From an uncultured virus (IMG/VR IMGVR_UViG_3300011635_000012) (Duplodnaviria; Heunggongvirae; Uroviricota; Caudoviricetes): 20,000 bases of DNA. Numbering within the stretch: the first letter of the stretch is position 1; each line of letters opens with the position of its first letter. Positions 18,513 to 20,000 of this stretch are shown here, piece by piece. The DNA lies in IMG/VR virus record IMGVR_UViG_3300011635_000012. One strand, written 5' to 3'. A model generated the notes under the pieces. That model searched no databases. It saw nothing but the letters and a program-made list of their open reading frames with translations, and was not told the origin of the DNA. Made by a program: the position numbers and the translations under genes.

Positions 18513-19766
18513 TGATAAATGTAAGGTTGTTAGGCGAGGGCAGTGCTAACCTGCCTTTATGCACTGATTATGCGGAGTTTATGCACTTGAAACTGATTGT
18601 AAAATGAAATGATTAGAATGCTAACTAAGTGGCGGATTTAGGCATGGAAAATCAGCGGAGTGATCTTTCGAGAATACTCGTTCAACACATGCACCTCTCA
18701 TGAAAGTGTACATTGTCCACAATGAACGCTGTAAGCCTTGCGTGGTGCGGTTTCCGCATAAGGGATGAAAGATACTATGAAAGTGAGAAAGGCGCTCATA
18801 GAGCATTACAGGCGGGTTATTTAGCTATCATTATTGATAGGTTTAGTCGTTATTAAGGTATGGTTTTAATAGGCTTATTTGCATATAGCCAACAGGAGAT
18901 TCAGCTTAATCAATAAGTGTCAAAATGGCACTCTATGGAAAGATTCGCTTTGCTGGCGTGTATCGCCTGGCAAGGTTCACCAGCCGGATCGGCATCACTG
19001 ATACCCCTATCAAGTTGCACATGATGTTTTCGCTGTGGGCGAAGGGCTAATGGGTAATCGACGCGAAGCGCCGGAACCATATTGTTATGCGTTGGCCTCG
19101 GTGCCAGGCTCACGCCACGCATGAAAGACAGCTATCACAGGAGAAATCGTTTTTAGCAAGTTACCTTGATCAAAGGTGCTTCTCCTGTACAGATGCTCGC
19201 TACGCTCACTAACACAAATCAAAACCTCTAACCCTTAATTGAGTTAAGGTTATTAATTGTCTCTTTTGGGCTTCTTACGCCCAAACGTGATTAATGCCAT
19301 CCAGCGACTACGCCGCTAACAGTATTCCACAATGATTAATGGCATTCCTTCTTAATGTCATTCACGGATCTTGATTAACCACCAACCAAATAACCACCCT
19401 AAATCATTTAGGCTGTCTATTTACCAGGTGCAATCTTCTTATGACATTATCAGTCGTCCATCTCACCCCCTCCAATACTGTCAGATTGTCAGTGTGCAGA
19501 TGCACGACAGTGCAGAGAGAAATCTCTCTATTATTATAGTTGATTTAGTAGGTTGTTGAATTGAAAGGAAAAAACTGGTTGAAAATCGCCATTTTTCACT
19601 TTTTTTTATAAGAAATGGCGAGTAGCGAAGTAGCCAGATTACAATATGGCACTTATTATTCCATTGCTGTTGACATTAAATATTTATTGTGGTAGGTATT
19701 GACAAACGTTAGTGATTCGTGGTATTCTTAATATTAAGAAGGAGAGAAATCCTTCTTAAACTTTCG

Positions 19767-19799
19767 ACCCTGGGCGGGGTAATCCGCTCGGGGTTTTTT
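19767..19799 (+). terminator. Rho-independent terminator
   Basis: ACCCTGGGCGG-GGTAAT-CCGCTCGGGGT followed by a T run. Confidence 0.65.
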
Positions 19800-19826
19800 A
19801 CGTCCTAAATCCGGAGGAGGCCAAAT

Positions 19827-19939
19827 CTGAAATACTTCAGTAGTGACCAGATTTTTAATGATCTGATAAGCGGCGAAGTTAAACGCCACGTTATTTACGC
19901 ATCTATGCAAGCAGCAAAATCAAGAGGGTATACAGAACG
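19827..19939 (+). pseudogene. Small gene interrupted by IS1
   Basis: GGAGGAGG RBS, CTG start; frame MKYFSSDQIFNDLISGEVKRHVIYASMQAAKSRGYTER runs into the IS1 end. Confidence 0.45.
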
Positions 19940-20000
19940 GGTAATGGTGCCAACTTACTGATTTAGTGTATGATGGTGTTTTTGAGGTGCTCCCGTGGCT
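19940..20000 (+). mobile_element. IS1-family element, left end (insA starts GTG at 19995)
   Basis: GGTAATGGTGCCAACTTACTGATTTAGTGTATGATGGTGTTTTTGAGGTGCTCC matches the IS1 left inverted repeat and insA promoter. Confidence 0.93.

Larger units (their letters stand above)
15798..20000. mobile_element. AT-rich integrated genomic island/satellite-like element (left part), inserted downstream of yciO
   Basis: Abrupt composition shift at ~15798, IHF consensus and inverted repeat at the boundary, ORFans, a tyrosine recombinase and IS1; rluB is absent from its expected place. Confidence 0.65.

Noticed and set aside
18621..19559. Short ORFs 18621-18806, 18910-19122 and 19371-19559
   Set aside because: No convincing RBS or protein-like features
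1..20000. CRISPR array, tRNA/rRNA, reverse transcriptase or DGR template repeat
   Set aside because: No regularly spaced repeats or RT motifs seen; cassette differences are not adenine-specific

Overview
Enterobacterales chromosome window (probably Enterobacter cloacae complex, judged from the trp proteins and leader) with three parts. (1) 1-~7080 is the right end of a lambdoid prophage: tail-tip J C-terminus, a tail-associated gene, and a tail fibre gene whose C-terminus sits in a multi-cassette inversion system (three gix/hix-like crossover sites, three alternative C-termini, adjacent serine invertase). It continues with a degenerate mini tyrosine recombinase, a LexA-boxed dinI-like gene, a likely att junction cutting into a second invertase gene, and an IsrK/C4-like RNA plus Bro-N antirepressor module. 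(2) 7397-15713 is core genome: trpLEDCBA with operator and attenuator, yciV(rnm) and yciO. (3) ~15800-20000 is an AT-rich island that begins where rluB would normally follow. It has small or secreted ORFans, a catalytic-domain-only tyrosine recombinase, ~1.7 kb of ORF-poor DNA rich in binding sites and hairpins, and the left end of an IS1. Two short N gaps (494-517, 11276-11286) are assembly gaps.
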